Source: Callorhinchus milii
Taxonomy: Eukaryota
Direction of reading: 5' to 3'
NCBI RefSeq assembly: GCF_018977255.1
Contig: NW_024704743.1
Span: 13,952,001 to 14,016,000 of the forward strand
Length of the DNA stretch: 64,000 nucleotides
Part shown: in pieces, positions 38,901-48,460 of the stretch
Numbering within the stretch: position 1 is the first letter of the stretch
Layout of the letters: every line of letters begins with the position of its first letter
Translations under genes and position numbers: made by a program
Notes under the pieces: model-generated
What the model was told of the DNA's origin: nothing
Databases searched by the model: none
Seen by the model: only the letters and a program-made list of their open reading frames with translations

Positions 38901-41900
38901 CCTAATTCAGGGACCACTAACCCTAAACTGACAACCTGACTGAGATTAGCCAACTCTGCAGGGACTGGGAGTTGAGGCACTAACAGCTTGCTTTCAAATT
39001 TGGTGAACAGCATGTGGTGTAGAGCACCAATAAATGCAGAAGAAAATAAAAATGAGCTGTCAATCATAGGAACATTTCTTAATGTTTCAAAACAAGATGT
39101 AAATTAGAGGGCTGATTTCTTGAAATGCTCGCAGTATAAATAGTGTGGTGGGATGGTGTTCTGCTTGTCACCATTATCATAATCCGTTTAATGTACTTAT
39201 GATTCTTGGTGTACTTATACACAATCAGCGGTTGCAGAAGAATACTGAAACAACTGCCTGCAACACAATGTGTTAAAAGCGGAAATATCCTTTTTAAGCC
39301 AGAATGAAAAAACAAAGGCTTTCCAATGAAAATAATCAGGTAAATCACAACACAATATAAAGAAAGATCAGAATCATCATACCATGATTGCAGCTTTTAT
39401 GCGATGATGTTTTGGAGAAGTGAATGATCGACTGCAGATTACATAGATTGTATTACAACAATTTAAATGAAAATCTCAATCAGAGCAGATAATACTTAAA
39501 TAAAGACATCAATTCTAATATCGCTCTTATAAAAAAAATGCTATTGATATTACACTAGGCCAGCCACTCCCTCACACTTAATATAAATCAACGACAGCAG
39601 CATTTTGGACTTCGATACACTGCTTGTTCATAAATCAGCAAAACCTGAAAGGAAATGCAAGTTAAGACATTGGTTTGTGTCTTGGAATTATTTGTACTCC
39701 TATGGACATTTTTAATGATTCTCACATTAATAGAAGATGAAGTATTAAGCAATTACAATCAATGAAAGAAGTTAAACTTCAAACGTGGAATACACAACGC
39801 AAACATGGTCATCATGCTGACCTTAGCATATTTCATACCATAACCTCCCCCCAAAAAATCTCTGAAGTTTCAAACAATGAATGACATTTCTGATCTGAAT
39901 AATAATCTGCATCAAGTGCTCCAGGACCCTGCGGTAGTAATAATCTTTGTATGTGAATAAGGATATAAACTGTGATAGAGCAAATGGCTAATCTGAGGTA
40001 GGTATTGAAGTTGGGTGAACTAGTCCTCCATGGAAACATCACCAAGTGGCATTCTTCCAATGGAATCAACCCTTACTATAAAAGAGAGCAAGAATGATTA
40101 AAACACAGAAGTTATCTTATTGTGAAGACATCACAGAAGATGAAGTTACCATAGAAGAACTTAAAAATCCAGTGGCAGAAGTCATATTTTACTTTGATTT
40201 GTTCCTGTAACTAGAAAATAGACTATGTATCGACAAAATAAAACAATCTCTGTAATGACTTCCATCTTATCTTTAGCATTTCTGAATTTCAACTAACCTC
40301 CCTGTCGTCTGAAGTGATGGTGCCTTCATCCTGGTGCCCAGATAAGGAAGAGGTCCGCCGTCTGTTCTCTGCTGACACTGGGGTGGACTTCAAAGTGGCC
40401 TGAAGGAAAAGAAACTGGTTTCAGAGCAGAGTAAATCATCTGTACCCCAAATCTGCATCTGATAATAAATCTCCACCCATTTCATTCTTATTTATGCTCA
40501 AGTATATTACATCCACTTTCTAAACCTACCCATTCAAAAGAATATTATAATGGTAGAGTGGCACTGGCTTACCAACTGTGATGGTTATCTAAAAAAAATT
40601 GCATCGGAAAATGACTGTTTAATGTTTCCACTTGTAGAATTAGAATATATATCACAACATCCAATTTCTTACGATTGTCAATTCATCAATTCACCACCTT
40701 GTCACTAGCTTGAACTGGTGTTCATTAATCTGCATCTTTGTTTTATTACTGATACCTAGTTGGTACATAGTACAGGATTATTGCAATCAAGACATGCCCT
40801 CATAAATGACACATGGTTCTCAATGGTTCAGTGCCTGAACATTTGTATAAAACGGGTATTTGATAATCTAATTTGATTGACGTTTTCACGTTCCAGTATG
40901 AAATGAAGCTGGTCACACATTGAAATAAACAACACTTCACAAAGACTTGCACATCCTTCTCTAAAATTATAAATCTGCTGTGTTTAGACACGTCATACAC
41001 TTTTAGCTTACTGAAGACAAGTGACTTTCCTTATAAAATAGTTACTTGTAAAATACCATATAATCAGTATTCATTTAGCTATCTTCACAATCCTCTTGCG
41101 GGCTTCCGCTCCTCTTGCTACTATAAACATGGTTTCAATTCATTCTTTGGACAATCAGAATATACAATAGAAACCCAGTTTGCGGTCACCTCAGTAGTCC
41201 AGCCACCTCACAATTGCAGGCACATTTCCACAGTCTCTTTCATTGTCTATGCTACAAGGCTGTCTGCTTCAGTAAACTGGGCAGTGGTCATTGACTGGCC
41301 TAACCTGAGCTCCTGCGGCCAATCCTTGGTAAGTGCTAGAACATGTCACCACGGAAGGAGTTTTCCTTACGTGAGAGGGTGGACTTAATCAAGAACAGTG
41401 AGGGCAAAAGTGATACAGTTAACTATGATCTATGGCATTGTCAGAACACAAGTTGGATGCATTCTCAAAAGGAAGGCTGAATACATGACAGTTTTTAAAG
41501 AAAATCACCAGTCTGATAGAAAATATATGTGTTTGAACTCTCAGTATTAGGACATTGATAAACGGGCATGGGAGTGGCTCCAGCGTGCCCGTAGCCTCAA
41601 CATGCCTGTGTCTGGCCCTACAATACAGGAGAAAGCTCTCAGCTTTGCAGCATCACTTGGCAAAACTGGCTTCAAGGCTTCAAATGGCTGGCTTGGTCCT
41701 TTCAAGTCCAGATACAACATTGGATTTGCAATCATGTCTGGTGAAAAGGGTAATGTTGGCCTGCTATGTTGACAACTGGAGGGAGAAACTCCCTGAGATG
41801 ACAGCTGGCTGCACACCCAACAGCATTTTTAACAAGGACAAACCTGGTGTTGTTTTAGGGCTCCCCCTAACGGGAGCCTTTCAGTTTGTGGTGGGAAGGA

Positions 41901-44900
41901 GCGTCTAGTGGAGGATTTTCTACCAGGACCCCGAAGAATACAATCCGCAGGAGAAGGAACAGGAAGAGCAACTGTAAAGAGCAACTTGTTGGGACAAGTG
42001 AAGGACTTTTGCCTTGATCATGGATTCAATGTGTGGCAGACTTTGGCTGATGCTGAGGGTCAGCTGCACGCCAAGGCAGTGGAGGTTAACTCATCAGCCA
42101 GGCACACAACACTGGACTATTTCTTCTAGAAGTGAACATTTTGTGTGATTTTAACTTCTCATGTGAACTTTGGGAGTAATGAAACCTAAGGTCTGGTTTA
42201 AATGTGCAATGCCTTTATTTTAGTGAGATTACAAAGTATGGTTGTTGAATGTAAATTTAAAGGTCACTATGTTCATCCTACGTAATCCTGTTTCACTAAT
42301 CTGGTCACCTCACTAAGTAGGTCACTTTCGCTCAATTGCTTGAATGACCAGAATAGTGAGGTTCTACTGTACATCAAAGGAAAATAAGATTCCAAACCTA
42401 AAAAGATAATTATATTTTGACTGATAAGTATATTCTGAGGCATATTACAATGGGAATAAAAGAGCTATTTCAAATCCCTGGGGGGAGGTGGGGGTATGAT
42501 GAATTAAGTTAAGAGATTTTCATTAGCTGTACCTCACAGAAATAGAACAAAATGCATTGCTGGCACGTCCCATTTTAAGTCATTGTACCACACGGTTGTG
42601 ACGAAATGGGACATCTTGCCTCCCATCTTGCCCTGTGATGTTGCTATTCATTTTCACATTTCTCCCAAGGACAGCAACTTACACAGCATAACTTTGTCCT
42701 GCATATCTCACCTATGGATAATTCGTTACCTGCGAGTCTGGACACCGAGTGTCAGAAGGCTATTCGATCATAGGGCCGTCACAGTCAAACCTGATCTGGT
42801 CCTCAGCACTTTACAGATCTATTTGCTTGCATACACAGATGGGTGGAGCAGTGTCAACATAGTTATCAAGTGCAGAAACCTTTCTGGTGCTGGGAACCAC
42901 GATGTATAGAACAAGTCTACTGATACTGCACAACAGACAAACAATATTTTACCCTATAGACATACAACAAATTTCACCATTTCCCTGTAATTTATTTCAA
43001 TACATTATTATTTCCATCTCCAACTTTTTCTTAAATGTCAATTCACCTTTTATCATATTCAATACCAAATCTGACATACATAATTAATTACTTGTCAAAC
43101 CAGTTAGACTAGACACTGGCAAATCCTTTGGAATGGACAAGGTAATCAATCTCCAAATTATCAGATCTGACATGAAATATTCATTTCCTCCTGCTCCAGG
43201 ACCTAAGGACTCACAGAAATTCTGAGGGGGGAGTGGTGGTTGCTGCTATGTACTGCCAGGGAAGACTGCTTTTTCCTGTTGGTTAGCATTTTGCTGTTAT
43301 TAACATTCTTAACCTGCATGCCAAAGCACAAACCAACTAATACACAATTTGATTGAGAGGCAGCAAAGAGGGGCATTGAGATAGGTGGAACTGGCATGAA
43401 CTAATTGGGGCAACTGTCCCTTTTTTATATTGTAACGTTCCATGTAATTCATACCTCTGTTTACAATGGCATAAAGTTTAGTCCCCTCTTTTGGATTTGA
43501 TTCTTAGGACGTCCCCCCGATGTGAAAGGTGCTATACAAATATAATTTGGTATTGATACCGTTAAAGTCAATATCCTAAAACTACACATTCTCCAAAAGA
43601 TGAACTCATAGTCCAGCATTATGCAGTATGATGTTATATCATGTGGTCTGACTTGTGCTGCAATACCTTGTCTCAGTTGGAAACGCTAAATTAGATTTTG
43701 CATCACTGGGTTGGAAGAGTGTGGGTGACGACAATGAGAGAAAGAGAAAACTACCTAGTATTGCTATCCCTAATTCACACCCATAGGTGATGGAGAGAAA
43801 AGGATCAAGTTATCACACTTAAATGACCTACTGATACTTAATGTCAAGAGAAGACTCACACAAATTACATAGAATGATATGACACCATAACAGGCCAATC
43901 AGCCCAACTAATCAATGCTGATACTGAAGTATCACCAGCACTTAAGAAACCATACGCTTGAATAATTCACTGCATTCAGAAAGGAGAAAGACACAATAAG
44001 AGGTCTGACAATACAATTTAAAAGGTACCAGGGAGTTAAGTTAATCAGTCACAGCGTCCATTATCTTGTTTTATTATAATCATCATTTCTGCAATCATTG
44101 GTGAATAAGTAGAAGGGGCCATTGATGACTCAGTGGATACATTTAAATTAATCCTGGTAAACATGTCATAGAGGGCAATGTAGATTAACACACTTGTCAT
44201 TTTATCCTGAATATGCCAAAACTCATCAGCCACACTATAGGATAACAATTAAACATTTCGGACATTTTGGATTCTAATCCCAAATTTTAGATAGGAATAC
44301 TGTGAATAGGAAGTCAAACAATAGGGAGTAACATTCTAAATACTAACTAGTTTGTCAGTTTTTCAAATAGACAGACTTGTAATCTCTTTTTGTGGTGTGA
44401 TTAGTGTTGCTGAAACAACTGTAAAAGGTGGCCATCTTTCAATTTACATTAGGTAATCAAACAATCATTTCAACTCTGCATGTTAGTCATTGTCAAGTTA
44501 TAGGTGGACTTTATTTTAATAAAATCTTAAGGCCATGAGCCAATATGAACAACCCATGTTTCAAAAAAAACTATAATTCTGAAGAAACAGACCACTTAAT
44601 TCAAATCCAGCAGCAAAACATTCAGTTCCCTAGTGAATGGACAAACCTTCCAGACAGACAGTCTGTGAACAAACTTCCTGGCCAGGTGGCCTGTTTATTT
44701 TGAAAAAATTCCTAAATATAACCAATTACAATATTTTGGTTTCTCTATAAAAAACAACTGTTCAACATTTACAGACACTATGAAGCATTCTTTAATTTTC
44801 AGACTAATGTCATGTGTGACCAGAAACAACTCAAATGCTCACGCTACTTCAATTCAAAAATTTGACAACCTGTTCCAGTAAATTTCCAAGTTGCACAGGC

Positions 44901-46812
44901 AAAATTACAACCCTGTATTTTTATTAAAAATAATCTCTTCACAAACATATTATCTACCTTCATTAAGACTATCAGAACAGTTCACAGCTGTTACATACCA
45001 TTCACCTTTACTGTCAATCAACACTGCAAGGTTGAACTCATCTTGCCAACTGACTCACCCCCCCACAGAAACAGACTAATTCTCCAATATTGAAACACAA
45101 AACAAGTGATTTGCCAAAACAACAAAAAGATCACTCAGACAGTGGTTAAAGATACACTTCAAACTCAGATTATGGATTGAAGTTTGCTTTGCTTTAGTTG
45201 CAGAGGGTCTAAATCTCTGAACAAAAATGTACAGAGGATCTGAAATGGGTGCAGCCTAACTTTTCAACATGCAATATGACATTCAAATTACAAGGCAAAT
45301 GTAAGTCATCCACCTACACAAATCAGCCACGTCTCCATGTACCAAACAATGCTCGCCTTTCTAGCAACACCCTTCACAAACTCATTATCCAAAACTCTAC
45401 ACCTTTCCTGCATCACCCACCCTCAACACTGATAGCCTGTCCCCCACCAGATTGATGCTCTTGCCCTCACCCAATCTAATCTCCTCCATCTTCTTTTCCC
45501 AATCATACCCTCCAACTCACATTTGCGATTCACCACTCAGCTTCTCAAGCCCCTTACAGATGGCCACCTTGCAGCCAATAATGACACCAATCTCTGGAAC
45601 CCTCATCTCTTTCCCTTTGCCCTGCCTTCAAAAACACTTGCAACGTGAAAACCTACCCCCGTGCCTTTGGTCAACATCCTCAAACCTTGTCCAGTGTCAG
45701 TTTTTTTAACAATAAAGAAGAGTTGTAACATTTTTGTAAGTGATCACAGCCTCAGTTTAACACCTCTCACAATACAGCAATCCCCCAGCATTGCTATGGA
45801 ATGTCAACCTGGACCATGAGCTCAAAGTCCTGACATGGGACTTCAACTCAATCTTTTGACCCAGACAAGAGTGCAACCAACTGGGCCCGGCTGACACCTC
45901 TGGAATCTGCTCAGACTCGTCTCTGTGTCCCGAACACTCAACTCAACTCCCCTCCACTCACTCACTCGCTCCCCCCCCCGTCACTGCCCCACTTCACCCT
46001 GTCACTCTCCGCCTTCCCTGTCACTCGCCCCTTCCCCCCGTCACTCCCCCCGTCACTCCCCCGTCACTCCCTCTGTCACTCCCCCGTCACTCCCCGTCAC
46101 TCCCCCGTCACTCCCCGTCACTCCCCCGTCACTGCCCCCGTCACTCCCCCGTCACTCCCCCCGTCACTCCCCCCTCCCCCGTCACTCCCTCACTCCCCCG
46201 TCACTCCCCCGTCACTCCCCCGTCACTCCCCCGTCACTCCCCCGTCACTCCCCCCATCACTCCCCCCCTCCCCGTCACTCCCCCGTCACTCCCCCCGTCA
46301 CTCCCCCCGTCACTCCCCCGTCACTCCCCCCTCCCCCCGTCACTCCCCCTGAACTCCCCCGTCACTCCCCCCGTCACTCCCCCTGAACTCCCCCGTCACT
46401 CCCCCCGTCACTCCCCCGTCACTCCCCCTTCCCCGTCACTCCCCCCTCCCCCCGTCACTCCCCCCGTCACTCCCCCCGTCACTCCCGCGGCACTCCCTCG
46501 TCACTCCCCCCGTCACTCTCCCCCTTCCCCTGTCACTCCCCCTTCACCTTTACCCCCTTCACTCCCCTCTCCCCGCTTCACTCCCCCCCTCACTGATCCT
46601 CTCTCTCTGACCTCCCTCTGGGGCTGCAGGAGGAGCCTGTGAGAGGGGCCGGGAAGCGGGGAGGGGAAGGCGCTTTACTCCCAAACGGCGGCCGAGGAGC
46701 TGCTGCGGCGGTGTGGGGCGGTGCCGGCCCGGGTGCCGGGGGCTGGTACCTGGGGCGGCCCGCGGGCCGGGATCTGCTCTTCGCTGATTTTCTGTTTGAG
46801 TCTTTTAAACAT
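2412..46812 (-). CDS. GOLGA4: Golgin subfamily A member 4 (golgin-245), 5' portion: 15 coding exons, 631 aa, continues beyond left edge
   Basis: Spliced translation MFKRLKQKISEEQ...QSFTQKLQLRVPSMESLFR...MDQQAKKHIQEEFEAALEEKDQ...GMVIAETKRQMHETLELKE...AEVETFRT matches vertebrate GOLGA4 as I recall it. All introns are GT-AG and exon phases are consistent. The large central exon and the GRIP domain are not in the window. Confidence 0.97.
3409..3540 (-). CDS. GOLGA4: GOLGA4 exon 14 (KTSEDRIGELEKVHMEK...QEFQEQLKMAL)
   Basis: Acceptor ctttgctgtag, donor CTG|gtatgt; 132 nt. Confidence 0.93.
4945..5118 (-). mobile_element. L2 3' end fragment
   Basis: caacaac tail followed by gcctttcacgtcgggaggacgtcccaaggcgc and G-rich L2 3' UTR. 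Confidence 0.7.
6248..6426 (-). CDS. GOLGA4: GOLGA4 exon 13 (FEELEKALAKAQKAEE...ELTRVKQEVVNIMK)
   Basis: Acceptor tttgccctag, donor AAG|gtaaga; 179 nt, phase 1-0. Confidence 0.95.
7950..9065. mobile_element. Cluster of old CR1 fragments in both orientations
   Basis: LRGDLIAVFKIMRG (+), FNRELEKYLK (+), IEFFKEITDKVNKG and FDKVP (-), FMRKLDKYM (-). Confidence 0.75.
8030..8130. mobile_element. Penelope-associated short repeat inserted in a CR1 fragment
   Basis: tctgacgaagggtc...cccgaaacgttgac...gatgctgcctgacctgctgagtt, a motif I recall from chondrichthyan Penelope-type termini. Confidence 0.55.
14615..14770 (-). mobile_element. Old Deu-SINE 3' fragment
   Basis: aacttgcatt tail and cagcaagatcccatagacagc. 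Confidence 0.6.
15942..16089 (-). CDS. GOLGA4: GOLGA4 exon 12 (GMVIAETKRQMHETLELKEDEISQLR...EKSDKA)
   Basis: Acceptor gatttcag, donor A|gtaagc; 148 nt, ends phase 1. Confidence 0.95.
16426..16509 (-). CDS. GOLGA4: GOLGA4 exon 11 (NLHTGEKTKLITQLRDAKNLIEQLEQDK)
   Basis: Acceptor ttttctttag, donor AAG|gtgagt; 84 nt. Confidence 0.95.
16980..17167 (-). CDS. GOLGA4: GOLGA4 exon 10 (GAADFAKTTDVLEKRVKRQENLLQRCKE...QELEKIK)
   Basis: Acceptor ttttgtcctgtag, donor AAG|gtcagt; 188 nt, phase 1-0. Confidence 0.94.
18191..18515. mobile_element. Non-autonomous hAT-like element / MITE (~325 bp)
   Basis: TIRs TAGAGGTTGA...TCAACCTCTA (imperfect out to ~18 bp); subterminal atcccagga/atcctgga repeats at both ends. 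Confidence 0.65.
18729..18870 (-). CDS. GOLGA4: GOLGA4 exon 9 (VLLLKRRMVLGETNAEPES...SADGSG)
   Basis: Acceptor ttttcacag, donor G|gtaatg; 142 nt, ends phase 1. Confidence 0.9.
19323..19421 (-). CDS. GOLGA4: GOLGA4 exon 8 (ELQMDQQAKKHIQEEFEAALEEKDQLIGVLQTQ)
   Basis: Acceptor cacctag, donor CAG|gtaatg; 99 nt. Confidence 0.95.
21884..21940 (-). CDS. GOLGA4: GOLGA4 exon 7 (AILSQAQDKSLRRIGELRE)
   Basis: Acceptor ctgcttttag, donor GAG|gtaagg; 57 nt. Confidence 0.94.
22548..22843. mobile_element. Tigger-like MITE (~296 bp)
   Basis: TIRs cagtagagctctattataaca / reverse complement cagttgagctgcattataaca; TA at the right end. Confidence 0.7.
22914..24380 (-). mobile_element. L2-clade LINE, 5'-truncated, relatively young
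   Basis: RT motifs LLDLSAVFDTVDH, GVPQGSILG, YADDTQLY, FLQLNVDKTEAI, SRLDYSNSLL; 3' tail ...gggcgctatataaatccaag(ttg)n; candidate TSD tctgaa at 22908 and 24381; CpGs retained. Confidence 0.93.
24610..25330 (-). mobile_element. Old L2 LINE 3' fragment
   Basis: HNLGVLVDIQLSFVHHIRSLTK similar to the L2 at 22914-24380; degenerate L2 tail. Confidence 0.75.
25417..25464 (-). CDS. GOLGA4: GOLGA4 exon 6 (LVTAYRTLQRDKEKMQ)
   Basis: Acceptor ttctttttacag, donor CAG|gtaaat; 48 nt. Confidence 0.93.
25765..26235 (-). mobile_element. Old L2 LINE 3' fragment
   Basis: YANPLLAGLP..SLHRL motif and L2-type tail. Confidence 0.7.
26946..26978. repeat. (TG)n microsatellite
   Basis: Directly visible. Confidence 0.95.
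27911..28321 (+). mobile_element. tRNA-derived SINE (long subtype) carrying an inverted L2-tail insertion
   Basis: tRNA-like head with B-box gggttcaattc, Deu segment attggctgccgcgttt, (att)n tail. Confidence 0.9.
28477..28788 (-). CDS. GOLGA4: GOLGA4 exon 5 (KPEAQSFTQKLQLRVPSMESLFR...NNYRGKYSE)
   Basis: Within ORF 28411..28842; acceptor ttttgcctcag, donor GAG|gtacga; 312 nt. Confidence 0.95.
29630..29959 (-). mobile_element. tRNA-derived SINE, full-length young copy (short subtype)
   Basis: Head ggagtcctgtagctcagtggttagagc, B-box, Deu segment, L2-like tail, (att)n. Confidence 0.93.
30100..30215 (-). mobile_element. L2 fragment
   Basis: IHKIQLIQNSDARILT; similar to 23305-23410. Confidence 0.7.
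30615..30875 (+). mobile_element. SINE, 5'-truncated (long subtype)
   Basis: cctctgtttacctagcagtaagtagg...ctggctgccgcgttt...tail. Confidence 0.85.
30905..30988 (-). CDS. GOLGA4: GOLGA4 exon 4, probable cassette exon (NVLRTSEENVLSSKFTDDFNGDGLVTPQ)
   Basis: Acceptor ttttgttcacag, donor CAG|gtaatt, 84 nt, phase 0-0; position and N...NG....PQ pattern match the human optional exon as recalled. Confidence 0.75.
31990..32230 (+). mobile_element. Very old CR1 fragment
   Basis: Degenerate match to the QRDLG / GIEYK / EYCV.FW region. Confidence 0.45.
33424..33594. repeat. Long inverted repeat, 67-bp arms, 37-nt spacer
   Basis: 33424-33490 is the reverse complement of 33528-33594 with 3 mismatches. 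Confidence 0.95.
36053..36151 (-). CDS. GOLGA4: GOLGA4 exon 3, probable cassette exon (LLAGMIAEPAFLSEYTIFALESTKRPKPLSVNV)
   Basis: Long pyrimidine tract then aacag acceptor, donor GTG|gtgagt, 99 nt, phase 0-0; peptide recalled from longer vertebrate GOLGA4 isoforms. Confidence 0.85.
40298..40399 (-). CDS. GOLGA4: GOLGA4 exon 2 (ATLKSTPVSAENRRRTSSLSGHQDEGTITSDDRE)
   Basis: Acceptor ttttccttcag, donor GAG|gttagt, 102 nt, phase 0-0; resembles human ...RSRTSSF..LDEGTPNRE. Confidence 0.9.
41165..42369 (+). mobile_element. Internally deleted Tigger/pogo (Tc1-mariner superfamily) DNA transposon
   Basis: TA-flanked imperfect TIRs (caatagaaaccc... / ...gaggttctactg); transposase remnants from ATG 41343 (RKEFSLRERVDLIK), CENP-B-type HTH (WEWLQRARSLNMPVSGPTIQEKALSFA...FKASNGWL), start of DDE domain (IFNKDKPG), C-terminus HTTLDYFF. 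Confidence 0.88.
45745..45900 (-). mobile_element. Old Deu-SINE 5' head fragment
   Basis: Similar to 63010-63172 and 60345-60520. Confidence 0.6.
45970..46590. repeat. C-rich minisatellite, ~10-12-bp unit (C4-6)GTCACT
   Basis: Directly visible tandem ccccgtcact repeats. Confidence 0.95.
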
Positions 46813-46910
46813 GTCGCCGGATCCGCTCTCACCGCGCAGGCGCCGACACGTGGAACTACCGGCACACAGACCCGGATGTGGATCACAGGGTCACCGACAG
46901 CGGCGCCAGA
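46590..46910 (-). promoter_or_regulatory. Small CpG island / core promoter and 5' UTR of GOLGA4
   Basis: Only dense non-repeat CpG cluster in the window; surrounds exon 1; E-box CACGTG at 46847-46852, ETS-like CCGGATGTG at 46872-46880, GC-boxes (GGGGCGG). Confidence 0.7.
46750..46812 (-). CDS. GOLGA4: GOLGA4 coding exon 1 (MFKRLKQKISEEQIPARGPPQ)
   Basis: ATG in context ccggcgacATG; 63 nt; donor CAG|gtacca; typical golgin-245 N-terminal motif. Confidence 0.95.
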
Positions 46911-48460
46911 GAGTCACAGCGCGAATTACACACAGAGAGTCACAGCGCGAATTACACACAGAGAGTCACACACAGAGAGTCACAGCGGGAATTACACACA
47001 GAGAGTCACACACAGAGAGTCACAGCGGGAATTACACACAGAGAGTCACACACAGAGAGTCACAGCGCGAATTACACACAGAGAGTCACACACAGAGAGT
47101 CACAGCGGGAATTACACACAAGAGAGTCACAGCGGGAATTACACACAGAGAGTCACACACAGAGAGTCACAGCGCGAATTACACACAGAGAGTCACACAC
47201 AGAGAGTCACAGCGCGAATTACACACAGAGAGTCACACACAGAGTCACAGCGCGAATTACACACAGAGAGTCACAGCGAGAGTTACACACAGAGAGTCAC
47301 ACACAAAGTCACAGCGAGAGTTACACACAGAGTCACACACAGAATCACAGCGAGAGTTACACACAGAGTCACAGCGGGAGTTACACACAGAGAGTCACAC
47401 ACAGAGAGTCACACACATAGTCACAGCGAGAGTTACACACAGAGAGTCACACACAGGGAGTCACAGCGGCAATTACACACAGAGTCACAGCGGGAATTAC
47501 ACACAGAGAGTCACACACAGAGAGTCACAGCGAGAGTCACACACAGATAGTCACAGCGAGAGTTACACACAGAGAGTCACACACAGAGAGTCACACACAG
47601 AGAATCACAGCGAGAGTCACAGAGAGTCACACACAGGGAGTCACACACAGAGAGTCACACACAGAGAGTCACACACAGGGAATCACACACAGGGAGTCAC
47701 ACACAGAGAGTCACACACGGAGTCACACACAGAGAGTCACACAGGAAGTTACACAGAGAGTCACACACAGAGAGTCACAGCGAGAGTCACACACAGATAG
47801 TCACAGCGAGAGTTACACACAGAGAGTCACACACAGAGAGTCACACACAGAGTTACACACAGAGAGTCACACACAGGGAGTCACAGCGGGAATTACACAC
47901 AGAGAGTCACAGCGAGAGTCACACACAGAGAGTCACAGCGAGAGTCACACACAGATAGTCACAGCGAGAGTTACACACAGAGAGTCACACACAGAGAGTC
48001 ACAGCGAGAGTCACACACAGATAGTCACAGCGAGAGTCACACACAGGGAGTCACACACAGAGAGTCACATACGGAGTCACACACAGAGAGTCACACACAG
48101 GAAGTTACACAGAGAGTCACACACAGGGAGTCACACACAGAGAGTTACACACAGGGAGTCACACACAGGGAGTTACACACAGAGAGTCACACACAGAGAG
48201 TCACAGCGGGAGTCACACACACAGAGTCACAGCGGGAGTCACACACAGAGAGTCACAGTGGGAGTCACACACAGAGAGTCACAGCGGGAGTCACACACAG
48301 ATAGTCACAGCAAGAGTCACACACAGGGAGAGAGTCACACACAGAGGGTCACACACAGGAAGTCACAGCGAGAGTCACACACGGAGTCACACACAGTCAC
48401 ACACAGAGTCACATCGAGAGAGACACAGAGAGTCACAGAGAGAGAGGGGGAGAGAGACAC
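46909..48460. repeat. Tandem array of 26-mer gagagtcacagcgcgaattacacaca and 14-mer gagagtcacacaca
   Basis: Directly visible; source of the spurious ESHTQRVT ORFs. Confidence 0.95.

Noticed and set aside
45925..46386. Pro/Ser-rich 153-aa ORF
   Set aside because: Translation of the C-rich minisatellite
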